The position numbers and the translations under genes are program-made. DNA of 64,000 nucleotides, from the IMG/VR virus record IMGVR_UViG_3300008262_000055; one strand, given 5' to 3'. Under the pieces are notes generated by a model. That model did no database searches, was not told where the DNA came from, and saw nothing but the letters and a program-made list of their open reading frames with translations. The DNA comes from a virus (lineage: Duplodnaviria > Caudoviricetes). Below are positions 54,436-63,612 of this stretch, piece after piece (position 1 is the stretch's first letter; each line of letters opens with the position of its first letter).

Positions 54436-54450
54436 TATTTATCGCAGACT
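54436..54450 (-). promoter_or_regulatory. Extended late promoter motif AGTCTGCGATAAATA
   Basis: Exact match to 19075-19089. Confidence 0.75.
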
Positions 54451-54470
54451 AGAATTGATAAGAAATTGTA

Positions 54471-55109
54471 TTAGTCCTGTATAATCAGGTTATAAACTGT
54501 GCCAACCACGTTAGAATTCTTTAATTTCAGCATTAGCAGCGTCTTTTCGCTATCTACAAGAATATATCTACGATCCCAGTTCCAGTGAGTAGTTATAAAC
54601 CACTGCGATACAGCGTCAGAAATAGAAACTCCATTAACGCTTTTTAACCATTTAATATACTGCGGTTTTTCACTAACATCCATTTTATGAGGTTTCATGT
54701 ATACTCGCATAGTAAACTTATCTTGAGGATACTTTTTTACAAGAATGGTATGTTTGTCAGATAGTTGCTGCTCGGGTTTTTGTGCGAATCGTATTTTTTC
54801 GGGTAACAGGCATAGCATTGTGTTAAAAAATGCTTCGTCGCTAGTATAAACATCAATGATATTTGTTTCTATTCTAATATCATAGGAATTTCCAGGAACT
54901 TTTTTTAATAAGCCAGTGAGATGTACTAAATCATCCTTGCTATTGATAATTTTGCGATTATAGGTACTGTTAGGCACAAGTTTTTCAATAGTATTCTCAA
55001 TACCGTCAAAAGACTTATGCCTTATGAATGAACAGCCGTCAATGTTATAGCTGACTTTGTAAAGCCATTTACCGTAGAATAACTTTTTAGTTGGCTTGTA
55101 TTGTATCAT
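54471..55109 (-). CDS. Hypothetical protein
   Basis: 212 aa, overlapping the clpA end. Confidence 0.6.
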   Translation of the reverse strand: MIQYKPTKKLFYGKWLYKVSYNIDGCSFIRHKSFDGIENTIEKLVPNSTYNRKIINSKDDLVHLTGLLKKVPGNSYDIRIETNIIDVYTSDEAFFNTMLCLLPEKIRFAQKPEQQLSDKHTILVKKYPQDKFTMRVYMKPHKMDVSEKPQYIKWLKSVNGVSISDAVSQWFITTHWNWDRRYILVDSEKTLLMLKLKNSNVVGTVYNLIIQD

Positions 55110-57429
55110 CTTTTATCAATGGAGCACCGTCTAGAATCCTTCTATGGTGCTTAAAAGCACGTTTTTCGTACTTGTCTAGCTCGTCCTCTTGTAATTTTAC
55201 AACAAACTCTAGTTTATTGTCAACCACATTAACAAATACCTTGCCTCCATTTTTCAATTCACCGAATAGTATTTTTCTACTAACAGGTGATTTGATTTCG
55301 TTATCAATTAGTCTGTTTAGAGGTCTAGCACCTAATTTGACATTATAACCATTCTTAGCTAGCCAATTTCTAGAATCATCTGTGAGTACAATTTCTACAC
55401 CCTTGTCTTTGATCTGATGATTTAATTCACGCATAAACTTGTCTACGATAACTTTGACAGTATCCATTGATAATCCGCCAAATTTAACAATAGCATCTAA
55501 ACGATTACGGAACTCAGGAGCAAAGAATTTCTTAACCGCTTTATCATCTTCGCCGTCTTTGTTTAAATCGCCAAACCCAATAGTGTTTCTTTCATTGTCC
55601 GCCGCACCTAAGTTTGATGTCATAATAAGAATGCTGTTACGGCCATCTGCTTGTTTACCATTACTGCCTGTTACAAAACCATTATCCATGAACTGTAACA
55701 AGATATTAGAAACATCTGGATGAGCTTTTTCAATTTCATCAAGCAATAAAACACAGTTTGGTGTTTCTTGAAGTTTAGTAATCAGTTGTCCGGCATTATC
55801 TTCAAAACCTACATAGCCCGGAGGAGCACCGATCAGTCTTGCTACACTGTGTTTTTCTTGATATTCGCTCATATCAAATCTTACCAATGGCATTGTCATC
55901 TTTTCAGACAATGCTTTAGCAGTTTCGGTTTTGCCACAACCAGTTGGACCCACAAACAAGAAACATCCAATGGGCTTATTGGGTACTTTCATACCTGCTT
56001 GTGCTACAAAGATTTTATCGAGCAAGTTAGAGATTGCTGATTCCTGACCAAACACAGAATTTTTTAAATTGGCTTCTAAGTCTGACAGATTTTTAGATTC
56101 CTTTTCGCTAACTGCTTCAAACGGCATATTGGTCATTTTACTGACTTCAAACATAACCTGTTCAATGTCAACAATACTTACAGCAGTTTCGACATCATTA
56201 TCTTTGATTTTATATCTAGCCGCAGAGCAATCGATAATGTCAATGGCCTTATCTGGTAATTTCTTATCGGGCATGTATTTGATACTCATTTTTACAGCCT
56301 GTTCGATAGCAGCATCGGTAATTTTAACACCGTGAAACTGCTCGTAATACTTGCGAATGCCTTTGATAATCTTAACTGACAGTTCCGGTGTAGGCTCATC
56401 AACTGTAACACGCTGGAATCGACGCATCAAAGCACGATCCTTTTCAAAGTGTTTACGATATTCTTCCCATGTAGTTGACGCAATGACTTTCATTGTACCT
56501 TTGGTCAACATTGGCTTGAGGATGTTAGCCAAATCGTTAGCTGACCCATTAGCGGCACCAGCACCATTCATCATATGTGCTTCGTCGATGAACAGAATAA
56601 TTTTTCCTTTTTTCTCCAAGGCTGTTAGAACTGCTTTAATTCGTTCTTCAAAGTCGCCTCTATATTTGCTGCCTGCTAGCAACGCAGAGATATCTAATGT
56701 ATAGACACTATGGTCTAATATAAATTTAGGAACTTTCTTTTCAAATATTTTACGAGCTAGCCCTTCTGCTATAGCAGTTTTACCAACTCCGGGTTCGCCA
56801 ACTAATAAAACGTTGCTCTTTGTCCTACGTGCTAGAATAAGTTGTATTTTTTCTAACTCGTCATCTCTGCCTATTACTGGATCAATCTTACGTTGTTTTG
56901 CCAAGAGGCTTAGATTACTACAGAATTGATTGAGAATTTTATCCAATTGGTTATGATTTAGTCTAGGATTTTGTTCGTCTACTTCGATATCGTTTTCAAA
57001 TTTGGATTGGAAGTATTCGATTAGTTTTTCTTTAGTAATACCAGCTTTGGTCATATAATAAAAACTAAAGCTCTTTCTTTCTCCGATAATGGCAATTAAC
57101 ACATCTTCTACTTCAATAACTTGTCGCCCACTGAATAAGGCCTGTGTAAATGCTCTGTTTAGCACACGCTCAACTGAAGTAGTTCTTTTTGGTTTGTGTT
57201 TATCAGTACCAGTTCTAATATCATCTAATTTTGTTTTAAGAAAATGATCTAAATTAACTTTGAGGTACTCGCTAGCAAATCCGGATTTCTGTAAACCATT
57301 AAATGTTTCCTCATCTAACATAATAGAAAAGGTTAAATGTTCAATAGTAATGTATTCGTGTTCTAGTCTTTGAGCAACATCGATCGCTTTTTCAAAGACT
57401 GCTTGGAGTTTTTTACTTGGTTCTAGCAT
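55087..57429 (-). CDS. clpA: ATP-dependent Clp protease ATPase subunit
   Basis: Clp N-domain; two AAA+ modules (GEPGVGKT, GPTGCGKT); IGF ClpP-docking loop; no ClpB M-domain. Confidence 0.93.
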   Translation of the reverse strand: MLEPSKKLQAVFEKAIDVAQRLEHEYITIEHLTFSIMLDEETFNGLQKSGFASEYLKVNLDHFLKTKLDDIRTGTDKHKPKRTTSVERVLNRAFTQALFSGRQVIEVEDVLIAIIGERKSFSFYYMTKAGITKEKLIEYFQSKFENDIEVDEQNPRLNHNQLDKILNQFCSNLSLLAKQRKIDPVIGRDDELEKIQLILARRTKSNVLLVGEPGVGKTAIAEGLARKIFEKKVPKFILDHSVYTLDISALLAGSKYRGDFEERIKAVLTALEKKGKIILFIDEAHMMNGAGAANGSANDLANILKPMLTKGTMKVIASTTWEEYRKHFEKDRALMRRFQRVTVDEPTPELSVKIIKGIRKYYEQFHGVKITDAAIEQAVKMSIKYMPDKKLPDKAIDIIDCSAARYKIKDNDVETAVSIVDIEQVMFEVSKMTNMPFEAVSEKESKNLSDLEANLKNSVFGQESAISNLLDKIFVAQAGMKVPNKPIGCFLFVGPTGCGKTETAKALSEKMTMPLVRFDMSEYQEKHSVARLIGAPPGYVGFEDNAGQLITKLQETPNCVLLLDEIEKAHPDVSNILLQFMDNGFVTGSNGKQADGRNSILIMTSNLGAADNERNTIGFGDLNKDGEDDKAVKKFFAPEFRNRLDAIVKFGGLSMDTVKVIVDKFMRELNHQIKDKGVEIVLTDDSRNWLAKNGYNVKLGARPLNRLIDNEIKSPVSRKILFGELKNGGKVFVNVVDNKLEFVVKLQEDELDKYEKRAFKHHRRILDGAPLIKDDTIQAN

Positions 57430-57432
57430 TGA

Positions 57433-57924
57433 TTATTTTCTCTTATTAATTTTTTTAATAGCTAATTGTAGCTTCATCTGAGATACTCTGTCAACAAAAC
57501 ATATTCCCTTTAGGTGATCAAACTCGTGTTGAAAACATCTAGCAATTAGCCCGTCCATCTCAGCAGTGACAATGTCTCCTTTGCTATTTTGAAACTCTGC
57601 GATAATAGCTTTGGGTCGTTTAATAGTTAACCATAAATCAGGATAACTCAAACATCCTTCTTTAAAAAGGTCTGTGTCTTTGCTTACTTCTAAAATTTTA
57701 GGATTAAACACAGCCATAGGTTCGTATCCTGAAATATTTTTACTACCTATCACAAAAACATTTTTTGTAAATCCTATTTGATTAGCAGCTAGCCCTATGC
57801 CGTTATTATCTAACATAAAGTCTATCATTTGTTTTTCTAGATCCTCTGCGTTTTTATCAACAGAAAAATCCCAGTCCAAGCTAACCTGTGTTAACGCATC
57901 ATGTGGGCCGAGTTCAAATGCCAT
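57433..57924 (-). CDS. def: Peptide deformylase
   Basis: GIGLAANQ, EGCLS, HEFDH. Confidence 0.95.
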   Translation of the reverse strand: MAFELGPHDALTQVSLDWDFSVDKNAEDLEKQMIDFMLDNNGIGLAANQIGFTKNVFVIGSKNISGYEPMAVFNPKILEVSKDTDLFKEGCLSYPDLWLTIKRPKAIIAEFQNSKGDIVTAEMDGLIARCFQHEFDHLKGICFVDRVSQMKLQLAIKKINKRK

Positions 57925-58723
57925 TGCGTAAATCCTCTATAAGTTTTTTTGCCTGCTCAGAAAGTATCTTTGGTATGTTAACTTTAACTTTAATTAAAAT
58001 TGCTCCACGCACTCCTGATCGAGGGTGTGGTAGGCCTTCTCCTTTGCAGCTAAACACTGTCCCAGGTTGTGTTCCAGCTGGTACTGTTATGCTTAGAGTT
58101 TTCTTTTCTAAAGTTTCAAAAGTTACTTCAGTTCCTAGTAGTGCTTCCCAAACATCTATATCTTTTTCTAACAATAGATTAGAGTGCTCTCTACGCCATA
58201 TTGGATGAGGTATTACTCTAACAGTTACAATAAGGTCGCCGGGGTGAAGTTTGGGAATACTGTGATCTCCCATTCCTGGATATCTGATCTGTACATTATC
58301 TTCAATACCTGCTGGTATGTTTATAGAAACTAGTTTTTTCTGACCGTTTCTAAAGCTGATCTCAGCATCTATGGTTTTACCAGTCAACACATCTTCTAGA
58401 GTAATTGTGACATTGGCACCTATGTTAGTATTTCTTTGTTGCTGTTGGAAACCAAATCCAAAAGGACTACCTCCACCAAAAAATGTTGTGAAGATATCAT
58501 CGCCCATATTACTGGTATTAAACTGGTATTGATTAGGATTGTCGTATTGAAATCTTTTTTCATCGTCGCTGAGTGTACGATATGCTTCTTCAATTTCTTT
58601 AAATTTATTAGCGTCACCGCCGCGGTCAGGATGATGCTTCATAGCCAAGCTACGATATGCTTTTTTAATTTCGTCCTGTGTAGCAGATTTTCCTACACCT
58701 AAAGTTTTATAATAATCTATCAT
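57914..58723 (-). CDS. dnaJ: Class II J-domain protein (DnaJ/CbpA-like)
   Basis: J-domain with HPD, G/F linker, DnaJ C-domain, no Zn finger. Confidence 0.9.
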   Translation of the reverse strand: MIDYYKTLGVGKSATQDEIKKAYRSLAMKHHPDRGGDANKFKEIEEAYRTLSDDEKRFQYDNPNQYQFNTSNMGDDIFTTFFGGGSPFGFGFQQQQRNTNIGANVTITLEDVLTGKTIDAEISFRNGQKKLVSINIPAGIEDNVQIRYPGMGDHSIPKLHPGDLIVTVRVIPHPIWRREHSNLLLEKDIDVWEALLGTEVTFETLEKKTLSITVPAGTQPGTVFSCKGEGLPHPRSGVRGAILIKVKVNIPKILSEQAKKLIEDLRNGI

Positions 58724-58728
58724 AGAGT

Positions 58729-58764
58729 AAAAAAGGGTATAGTAGTAATTATACTATACCCTTT
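58729..58764 (-). terminator. Rho-independent terminator of the lysis block
   Basis: 13-bp stem AAAGGGTATAGTA/TACTATACCCTTT, 7-nt loop, T-run on the - strand. Confidence 0.75.
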
Positions 58765-58776
58765 GATAAAAGTCAA
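58748..58776 (-). promoter_or_regulatory. sigma70 promoter for dnaJ-def-clpA
   Basis: TTGACT-N17-TATAAT; the -10 sits at the stem/loop boundary of the hairpin. Confidence 0.7.
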
Positions 58777-58784
58777 AAACAGAA

Positions 58785-59012
58785 TTATTTCTTTGCGTCA
58801 GGTACTTTGGTGCCTTCATGCTTTTGATGTTTCTTAACTGTTTTACACTCTTGTTTTGGTTTTTTGGTTTTTGGATCAATAACAGGTTTACCGTCTTTAC
58901 CCTGTACATCGACGCAAACTTTAGCAGTTTCTGCCTCTTTCTTTTCTTCAGCGGCATACACTGGACCAGCAGCTAAAAAGCCTGCCATTAACATTGTTAA
59001 AAATAATTTCAT
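58785..59012 (-). CDS. Small exported basic peptide (signal peptide, 2 Cys)
   Basis: MKLFLTMLMAGFLAAGPVYA|AEEKK signal sequence; GGAG SD; last gene of the lysis block. Confidence 0.65.
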   Translation of the reverse strand: MKLFLTMLMAGFLAAGPVYAAEEKKEAETAKVCVDVQGKDGKPVIDPKTKKPKQECKTVKKHQKHEGTKVPDAKK

Positions 59013-59031
59013 TTAAATCTCCTTGATTAAA

Positions 59032-59349
59032 TTATTTTCTGCTCATCCAGGCTGTTACACCCATATAAGCACCTACTACACCGGCTTGAGCAATATAGAA
59101 CATTCCTAAAAGATCAGCCAAGGCCTTTACACGTTCAACTTCAATTATTGGTAAAAATAAAAATCCGCTGAAGATGATCATTGAAACCATTGCAACCCAT
59201 GCCATTCTTCTATGAGCATCTGCCTTTTCTTCTCGAAGCTCAATTTCTAAAATTTCATTAGCGTTGTTGATTTCTTCGTCACTAACAGTACCATCACTGT
59301 CCATATCGTATCTATTATATCTTGAATTTTTTTCTAGTATTTTTGCCAT
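59032..59349 (-). CDS. Holin-like 2-TM membrane protein with N-terminal EF-hand loop
   Basis: Start MAKILEK at 59349 (AGGAG); DMDSDGTVSDEE; two hydrophobic helices; basic C-terminus; directly downstream of the spanin and endolysin genes. Confidence 0.6.
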   Translation of the reverse strand: MAKILEKNSRYNRYDMDSDGTVSDEEINNANEILEIELREEKADAHRRMAWVAMVSMIIFSGFLFLPIIEVERVKALADLLGMFYIAQAGVVGAYMGVTAWMSRK

Positions 59350-59368
59350 GTGCCGCTCCTGCAAAAAC

Positions 59369-59641
59369 TTATTTTACTTCGTCAAAGATTTTTTTCTGTG
59401 ACTCGTACCATAGTATCCAATTATCAACTTTTAACTTACACTCGTGATATTGAGTATAATTTTCTGTAACAACTGTAAGTACTTTGCTCAAAGATTCTGT
59501 GCCCTTATCTACTTTTTTAAGATTTGGACACGCTGCTATTAGTTCAGCAGGTACATCTGGAAAGTTACGTTTTACTGGAGCAGTAGTAGTGAAGCAACCA
59601 GTTAATAGAAAAGCAGGTATTAATAAGATTAAGAATTTCAT
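59369..59641 (-). CDS. o-spanin-like lipoprotein
   Basis: Lipobox LLTG|C, Pro-rich segment, further Cys; overlaps the i-spanin end. Confidence 0.75.
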   Translation of the reverse strand: MKFLILLIPAFLLTGCFTTTAPVKRNFPDVPAELIAACPNLKKVDKGTESLSKVLTVVTENYTQYHECKLKVDNWILWYESQKKIFDEVK

Positions 59642-60105
59642 TTCTTTTCTCCTTCAGGTACACCTGCAGCACTTTCGTTAAGAATATCTAAAGCTTCTTG
59701 CGGAACCTTACATTGTGCGTCAATAATTTTTTCTTTTTCTACTATAACTTCCTTGATACGATCTTGGAACACTTTAATTTCCTTGACTTTGGTTATAATT
59801 TTTTCTTTGATAATCGTATTAGTTTCTTTAGATTTTTGTTCTGCTATAGCTACTTTAGATTCTAATTCTCTAACACGTTCACGCCATACCATTTCGGTAC
59901 CGTAACTACCAAATACATAAGCTCCTACAGTTAATATTAGAACTCCTAATATTTCAGCAGGAAATTTGTACTGACTTATTATTGGAAGCCATTTTACTAT
60001 CTTACTGAGAACATATAGTCCTACACCTATGCCTATCAGTGCGTAGGACACCCAGAGAAAGAAGCTGTCTGGTATAAAGCTCAGCATCCACCCTGTTAGC
60101 CACAT
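59638..60105 (-). CDS. i-spanin-like protein
   Basis: N-terminal TM segments followed by a periplasmic coiled coil and a Cys; lies between the endolysin and the lipoprotein. Confidence 0.7.
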   Translation of the reverse strand: MWLTGWMLSFIPDSFFLWVSYALIGIGVGLYVLSKIVKWLPIISQYKFPAEILGVLILTVGAYVFGSYGTEMVWRERVRELESKVAIAEQKSKETNTIIKEKIITKVKEIKVFQDRIKEVIVEKEKIIDAQCKVPQEALDILNESAAGVPEGEKK

Positions 60106-60106
60106 A

Positions 60107-60736
60107 TTAGTGAACTCCTAACACATGCTTGGCATGTTCGAAGTGCTTGATACGATCGTCTAATCCAATAGTACCACCGTTAATACGTTTAGTCAACGTT
60201 AGAATATCACCTTTGTCTGCCCATTGATTGAGATTGTTTTGTTCCCAGAAGAAACAAGCTGACTGGACAGCACCCTCAAAAGTTCCTAGATATTCTGGAA
60301 CATCCTCAACTTTCATGTCTAAGCTGGCAGCAAAAAATGTATAATTGTTTTTGCCAGTTAACTGAATAAGACCGCGACCGCAATAACGCCAGCCATCACC
60401 AGATGCTTCATCGCCGTTGCCCATGCGACTAGCATAAACTCTGTTGGCAATTTTTTCTTGTTTATTAGCATACTCGGCAGCAATAGCATCATCTGGAAAA
60501 TACTTAGGAAATACTTTACGCAGGCTAGGTGCTTTGTAATTTAAATTTTCTTTTAAGAATTTAAATCCACCACTCTCGTGAGCACACTGAGCAATAAATG
60601 CCGCTACACGCTCTTTGGTATTAATTTCATACTCTGGAAGAATTTCACATAAAGCATGATGCCAATTATCCAAGTAAGGATTATTACCGATCATTTCTTT
60701 TAGATGTGCTTTTGTAAATTCAAAATCAAAACTCAT
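60107..60736 (-). CDS. GH19 chitinase-like endolysin
   Basis: AAFIAQCAHESGGF..ENLNY..GRGLIQLTGKNNY..KRINGG. Confidence 0.92.
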   Translation of the reverse strand: MSFDFEFTKAHLKEMIGNNPYLDNWHHALCEILPEYEINTKERVAAFIAQCAHESGGFKFLKENLNYKAPSLRKVFPKYFPDDAIAAEYANKQEKIANRVYASRMGNGDEASGDGWRYCGRGLIQLTGKNNYTFFAASLDMKVEDVPEYLGTFEGAVQSACFFWEQNNLNQWADKGDILTLTKRINGGTIGLDDRIKHFEHAKHVLGVH

Positions 60737-61476
60737 TATTGCTCCTCCATTTTAATTATCATGGATTTCTTTCCGTCTTCTAGGACGAATTGATCACCAT
60801 ACTTCGTAATATTAAAGTCTCCCAAGACTTTAGTAAGCCACATGACTTCTGCCATGCTTTTAGTATCAATTTTTACTGTTTCAGTGATTTTCACTTGTAA
60901 ATCATCTGCTTGACCAAATTCTACTAGATTAAAAGTAAATCTAGATCCGAAAGGTTTAATAACAGTGATTTTGTTTCCTTCTATAATTAATTCATTTTTA
61001 AATGTCTTAGAAAAGAAACGTTTAATGCTTTCCACCCTAATAGTTTCAACCATCATGTCGTAGGCGTCTGGGGTACCAGGAACTGCTGATTTTAAAGCCT
61101 GTTCATCTAAACTCTGGTATCTATTACCTTTATGGTATTTAAATTTCCATTCGTTGATAGCTGTTAATCTCTTAACGCCATCTATTAATTCGTTAATTTG
61201 ATCGTATAAAGCTGGGGTTCTTTTTAACTCAATAAAAATATGATAAAGACCGTGCTTGTCTTCGCCGGAACTTACATCGGCGTCAAGTACAAACGCATAA
61301 CCTTTTTCAATGAACTCCATCATGTCTTTAGCTGGACCACGTTCTCTAGCTTTGAACGACACTACGCAAACATCTCTATCTTCTCCCATCTTACTTTGGA
61401 AAGAATCAATTTCGATGCTGTCGAAAACCATATCGGCTAGATCGTTAGGTCGAAGACCTTCTTGTAATTGTGTCAT
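60736..61476 (-). CDS. Hypothetical protein
   Basis: 246 aa; LQEGLRPNDL..IDSFQSKMGED. Confidence 0.65.
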   Translation of the reverse strand: MTQLQEGLRPNDLADMVFDSIEIDSFQSKMGEDRDVCVVSFKARERGPAKDMMEFIEKGYAFVLDADVSSGEDKHGLYHIFIELKRTPALYDQINELIDGVKRLTAINEWKFKYHKGNRYQSLDEQALKSAVPGTPDAYDMMVETIRVESIKRFFSKTFKNELIIEGNKITVIKPFGSRFTFNLVEFGQADDLQVKITETVKIDTKSMAEVMWLTKVLGDFNITKYGDQFVLEDGKKSMIIKMEEQ

Positions 61477-61994
61477 TATTGTGTTGCCCCTTCTACAGGT
61501 TCAGCCTGACTTTGTTGCGATGGAGGTACAGCGGTAATAACACCAGCCATAGGACTTTCTACTTTATTTTTAGTAAGTTTTCTATAACCTTTATCAACAT
61601 CAAACATTAATTTCTTAGGCATACGTATTTCCACAATCCATACAGACTTGTGATCTATCTTACCTTGTTTAGTACCAGGACGAATATCGTCTGGAGTTTT
61701 AATCTTTCTTACTTCAGCCATTTCATCTTGTTCAAAGAATACTCTACAGCCGTAGTCTAGTAATCTCATGCCTCCCTTAGGATTAGGCATTTTCTTTTCT
61801 GGCCACATAAATTTACAACTGATAAAATATCTAGATTCTTTAGGACCTTCTAACAGCTCGCCGTCGATCCAGTTTTCATAAACATAAAGATCTAACTCGT
61901 CAAGCACACGCTCGAAGTCTTTTAGTAATTTTAAGCTGTTGTTTGAACCATAGATATTTTCTATGTTTTGTAGTATTTCGCGGGTATCACGCAT
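61476..61994 (-). CDS. Hypothetical protein
   Basis: 172 aa; GGAG SD; first gene after the late motif. Confidence 0.65.
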   Translation of the reverse strand: MRDTREILQNIENIYGSNNSLKLLKDFERVLDELDLYVYENWIDGELLEGPKESRYFISCKFMWPEKKMPNPKGGMRLLDYGCRVFFEQDEMAEVRKIKTPDDIRPGTKQGKIDHKSVWIVEIRMPKKLMFDVDKGYRKLTKNKVESPMAGVITAVPPSQQSQAEPVEGATQ

Positions 61995-62013
61995 AGCTTT
62001 TAATCTCCAATAG

Positions 62014-62026
62014 TATTTATCGCAGA
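62014..62026 (-). promoter_or_regulatory. Extended late promoter motif TCTGCGATAAATA
   Basis: 13-nt match to the copies at 19077 and 54436; drives the block ending in the lysis genes. Confidence 0.75.
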
Positions 62027-62074
62027 AAAATTATCTTAAGTTATTATTTTTTGACTCAGGTATTAAATACTGAT

Positions 62075-62119
62075 GTGTTCGGTCACGGACACAACGGTTG
62101 AAAGGTCCGTGCCGCTCAC
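62075..62119 (+). ncRNA. Candidate structured 5' leader of phoH
   Basis: GC-rich island after TTAAATA (62063-69) that can form two alternative base-paired folds. Confidence 0.4.
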
Positions 62120-62138
62120 TTAATTAGGAGGCTATCCT

Positions 62139-62879
62139 TTGAGAAAACAAAGAAAATCAGTCAAAAATCTAGCTGTACAAGAGCAAGATAACGTAGTTCA
62201 AATAAATAAATTCCTTCCAAAAAAGAAAAATAGGGTACTGATATATCCTAAAAACCTCAATCAAGAGAATTATCTCTTAAAACTCCAAGAAGAACAGAAA
62301 AACATAGTATTTGCTATTGGGCCTGCGGGAACCGGTAAAACTATGCTAGCCTGCCAGTGGGCAGTAAAGCTGTTTCAAGAGGGAGAGATCGATAAGATCG
62401 TGGTTACTCGTCCAGCTGTAAGCGTGGATGAGCAGCATGGATTCCTACCAGGAACTCTACAGCAAAAGATGGAACCTTGGACACGCCCTATTTTTGACGT
62501 ATTCGAAGAATACTATTATGCTAAAGAAATAGAAAATTTTATCAAAGAGGGGGTGATTGAGATCAGTCCTTTAGCATATATGAGAGGACGTACATTTAAA
62601 AAGAGCTTTATCATTGCCGATGAGATGCAAAACGCAACCCCTAGTCAGATGAAAATGTTGTTGACTAGATTGGGTGACGGCTCTAGGATGGTAGTAACAG
62701 GAGATTTACAACAAGCAGACAGACCAGCATCAAATGGACTTCTTGAATTTTTAAAATTATATAATAATTTTGAAAACCACAAACACGTTGATATTTGCCA
62801 GTTTAGTGTCGAGGATGTAGAACGACACAAAGCGGTTAAAGAAATATTAGCTATCTACGGAGATTATGACGGGAGGTAA
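62139..62879 (+). CDS. phoH: PhoH-like ATPase
   Basis: GPAGTGKT, LAYMRGRT, DEMQN, VVTGD; TTG start with GGAGG. Confidence 0.95.
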   Translation: MRKQRKSVKNLAVQEQDNVVQINKFLPKKKNRVLIYPKNLNQENYLLKLQEEQKNIVFAIGPAGTGKTMLACQWAVKLFQEGEIDKIVVTRPAVSVDEQHGFLPGTLQQKMEPWTRPIFDVFEEYYYAKEIENFIKEGVIEISPLAYMRGRTFKKSFIIADEMQNATPSQMKMLLTRLGDGSRMVVTGDLQQADRPASNGLLEFLKLYNNFENHKHVDICQFSVEDVERHKAVKEILAIYGDYDGR

Positions 62880-63103
62880 TCGAGTAAAGTAGAACCAATA
62901 ACTTTCTTATAGAACTCCAACATATCGTTAAATGATGCGTTGGAGTTTAACTCGTTTTTAAGGATAGTTTTTTTCTTAAGGTCTAAGATGACCTTAGCAC
63001 GATGTCTGTTTTTGAATTTTAAACTGTTTTTAAACTCGGTAAGTTCATTATATTTTCCATCATCTCTTTGATGATAGGAGACTAACATATATCTGTATTT
63101 CAA
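62864..63103 (-). CDS. Hypothetical protein
   Basis: 79 aa, TTG start overlapping the deaminase stop. Confidence 0.5.
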   Translation of the reverse strand: MKYRYMLVSYHQRDDGKYNELTEFKNSLKFKNRHRAKVILDLKKKTILKNELNSNASFNDMLEFYKKVIGSTLLDYLPS

Positions 63104-63612
63104 AATTCCACCTGTTCTACTTTGACTCCCGATTTTTCAAGAAACTCAACACCACTAGTATCCCTATAAGAGTTCCGATATAAAACACTGCCAATACCAC
63201 TTTGGAATATAAGTTTGGCACACTCCATACATGGAGCATGGGTAATAAACATAGTAGCACCCACACCGCTGTTGTTAGACTTAGCCAGTTTTGCGATCGC
63301 ATTAGATTCTGCATGTAACACCTCTGGTTTTGTTTTTAATCCATATCTGACATTACGTTCTGCTTCTGAATGCCATTCTTCATAGGGATATTTGATTTCA
63401 ATCTCTTCTGGACTCAACCATCCACCGGCTCCGGGATCAAATACCTTATCCTCGCAGTTGTTATCCCAACCAGCAGGCATACCGTTGTATCCATAACTGA
63501 TAACACTATCGTCTTTGACAATAACAGCACCAACTTGTAATCGCATAGCATGACTAAGTTTTGAACAGCGTTCGGCCCAATCCATATACAGGCTAATAAA
63601 TTTCTGTTTCAT
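63100..63612 (-). CDS. dCMP deaminase
   Basis: GYNG, HAESNAI, PCMEC Zn motifs. Confidence 0.92.
   Translation of the reverse strand: MKQKFISLYMDWAERCSKLSHAMRLQVGAVIVKDDSVISYGYNGMPAGWDNNCEDKVFDPGAGGWLSPEEIEIKYPYEEWHSEAERNVRYGLKTKPEVLHAESNAIAKLAKSNNSGVGATMFITHAPCMECAKLIFQSGIGSVLYRNSYRDTSGVEFLEKSGVKVEQVEF

Noticed and set aside
62080-62115. c-di-GMP-I riboswitch in the phoH leader
   Set aside because: The resemblance is superficial (GGUCACG, GAAA loop). The GCAAACC core and receptor stem are absent.
27687-63314. Off-frame and opposite-strand ORFs inside the - strand genes (for example 27687-28148, 31225-31557, 33561-33779, 55091-56704)
   Set aside because: They are fully nested in well-supported genes, and their compositions look like alternative-frame readings.
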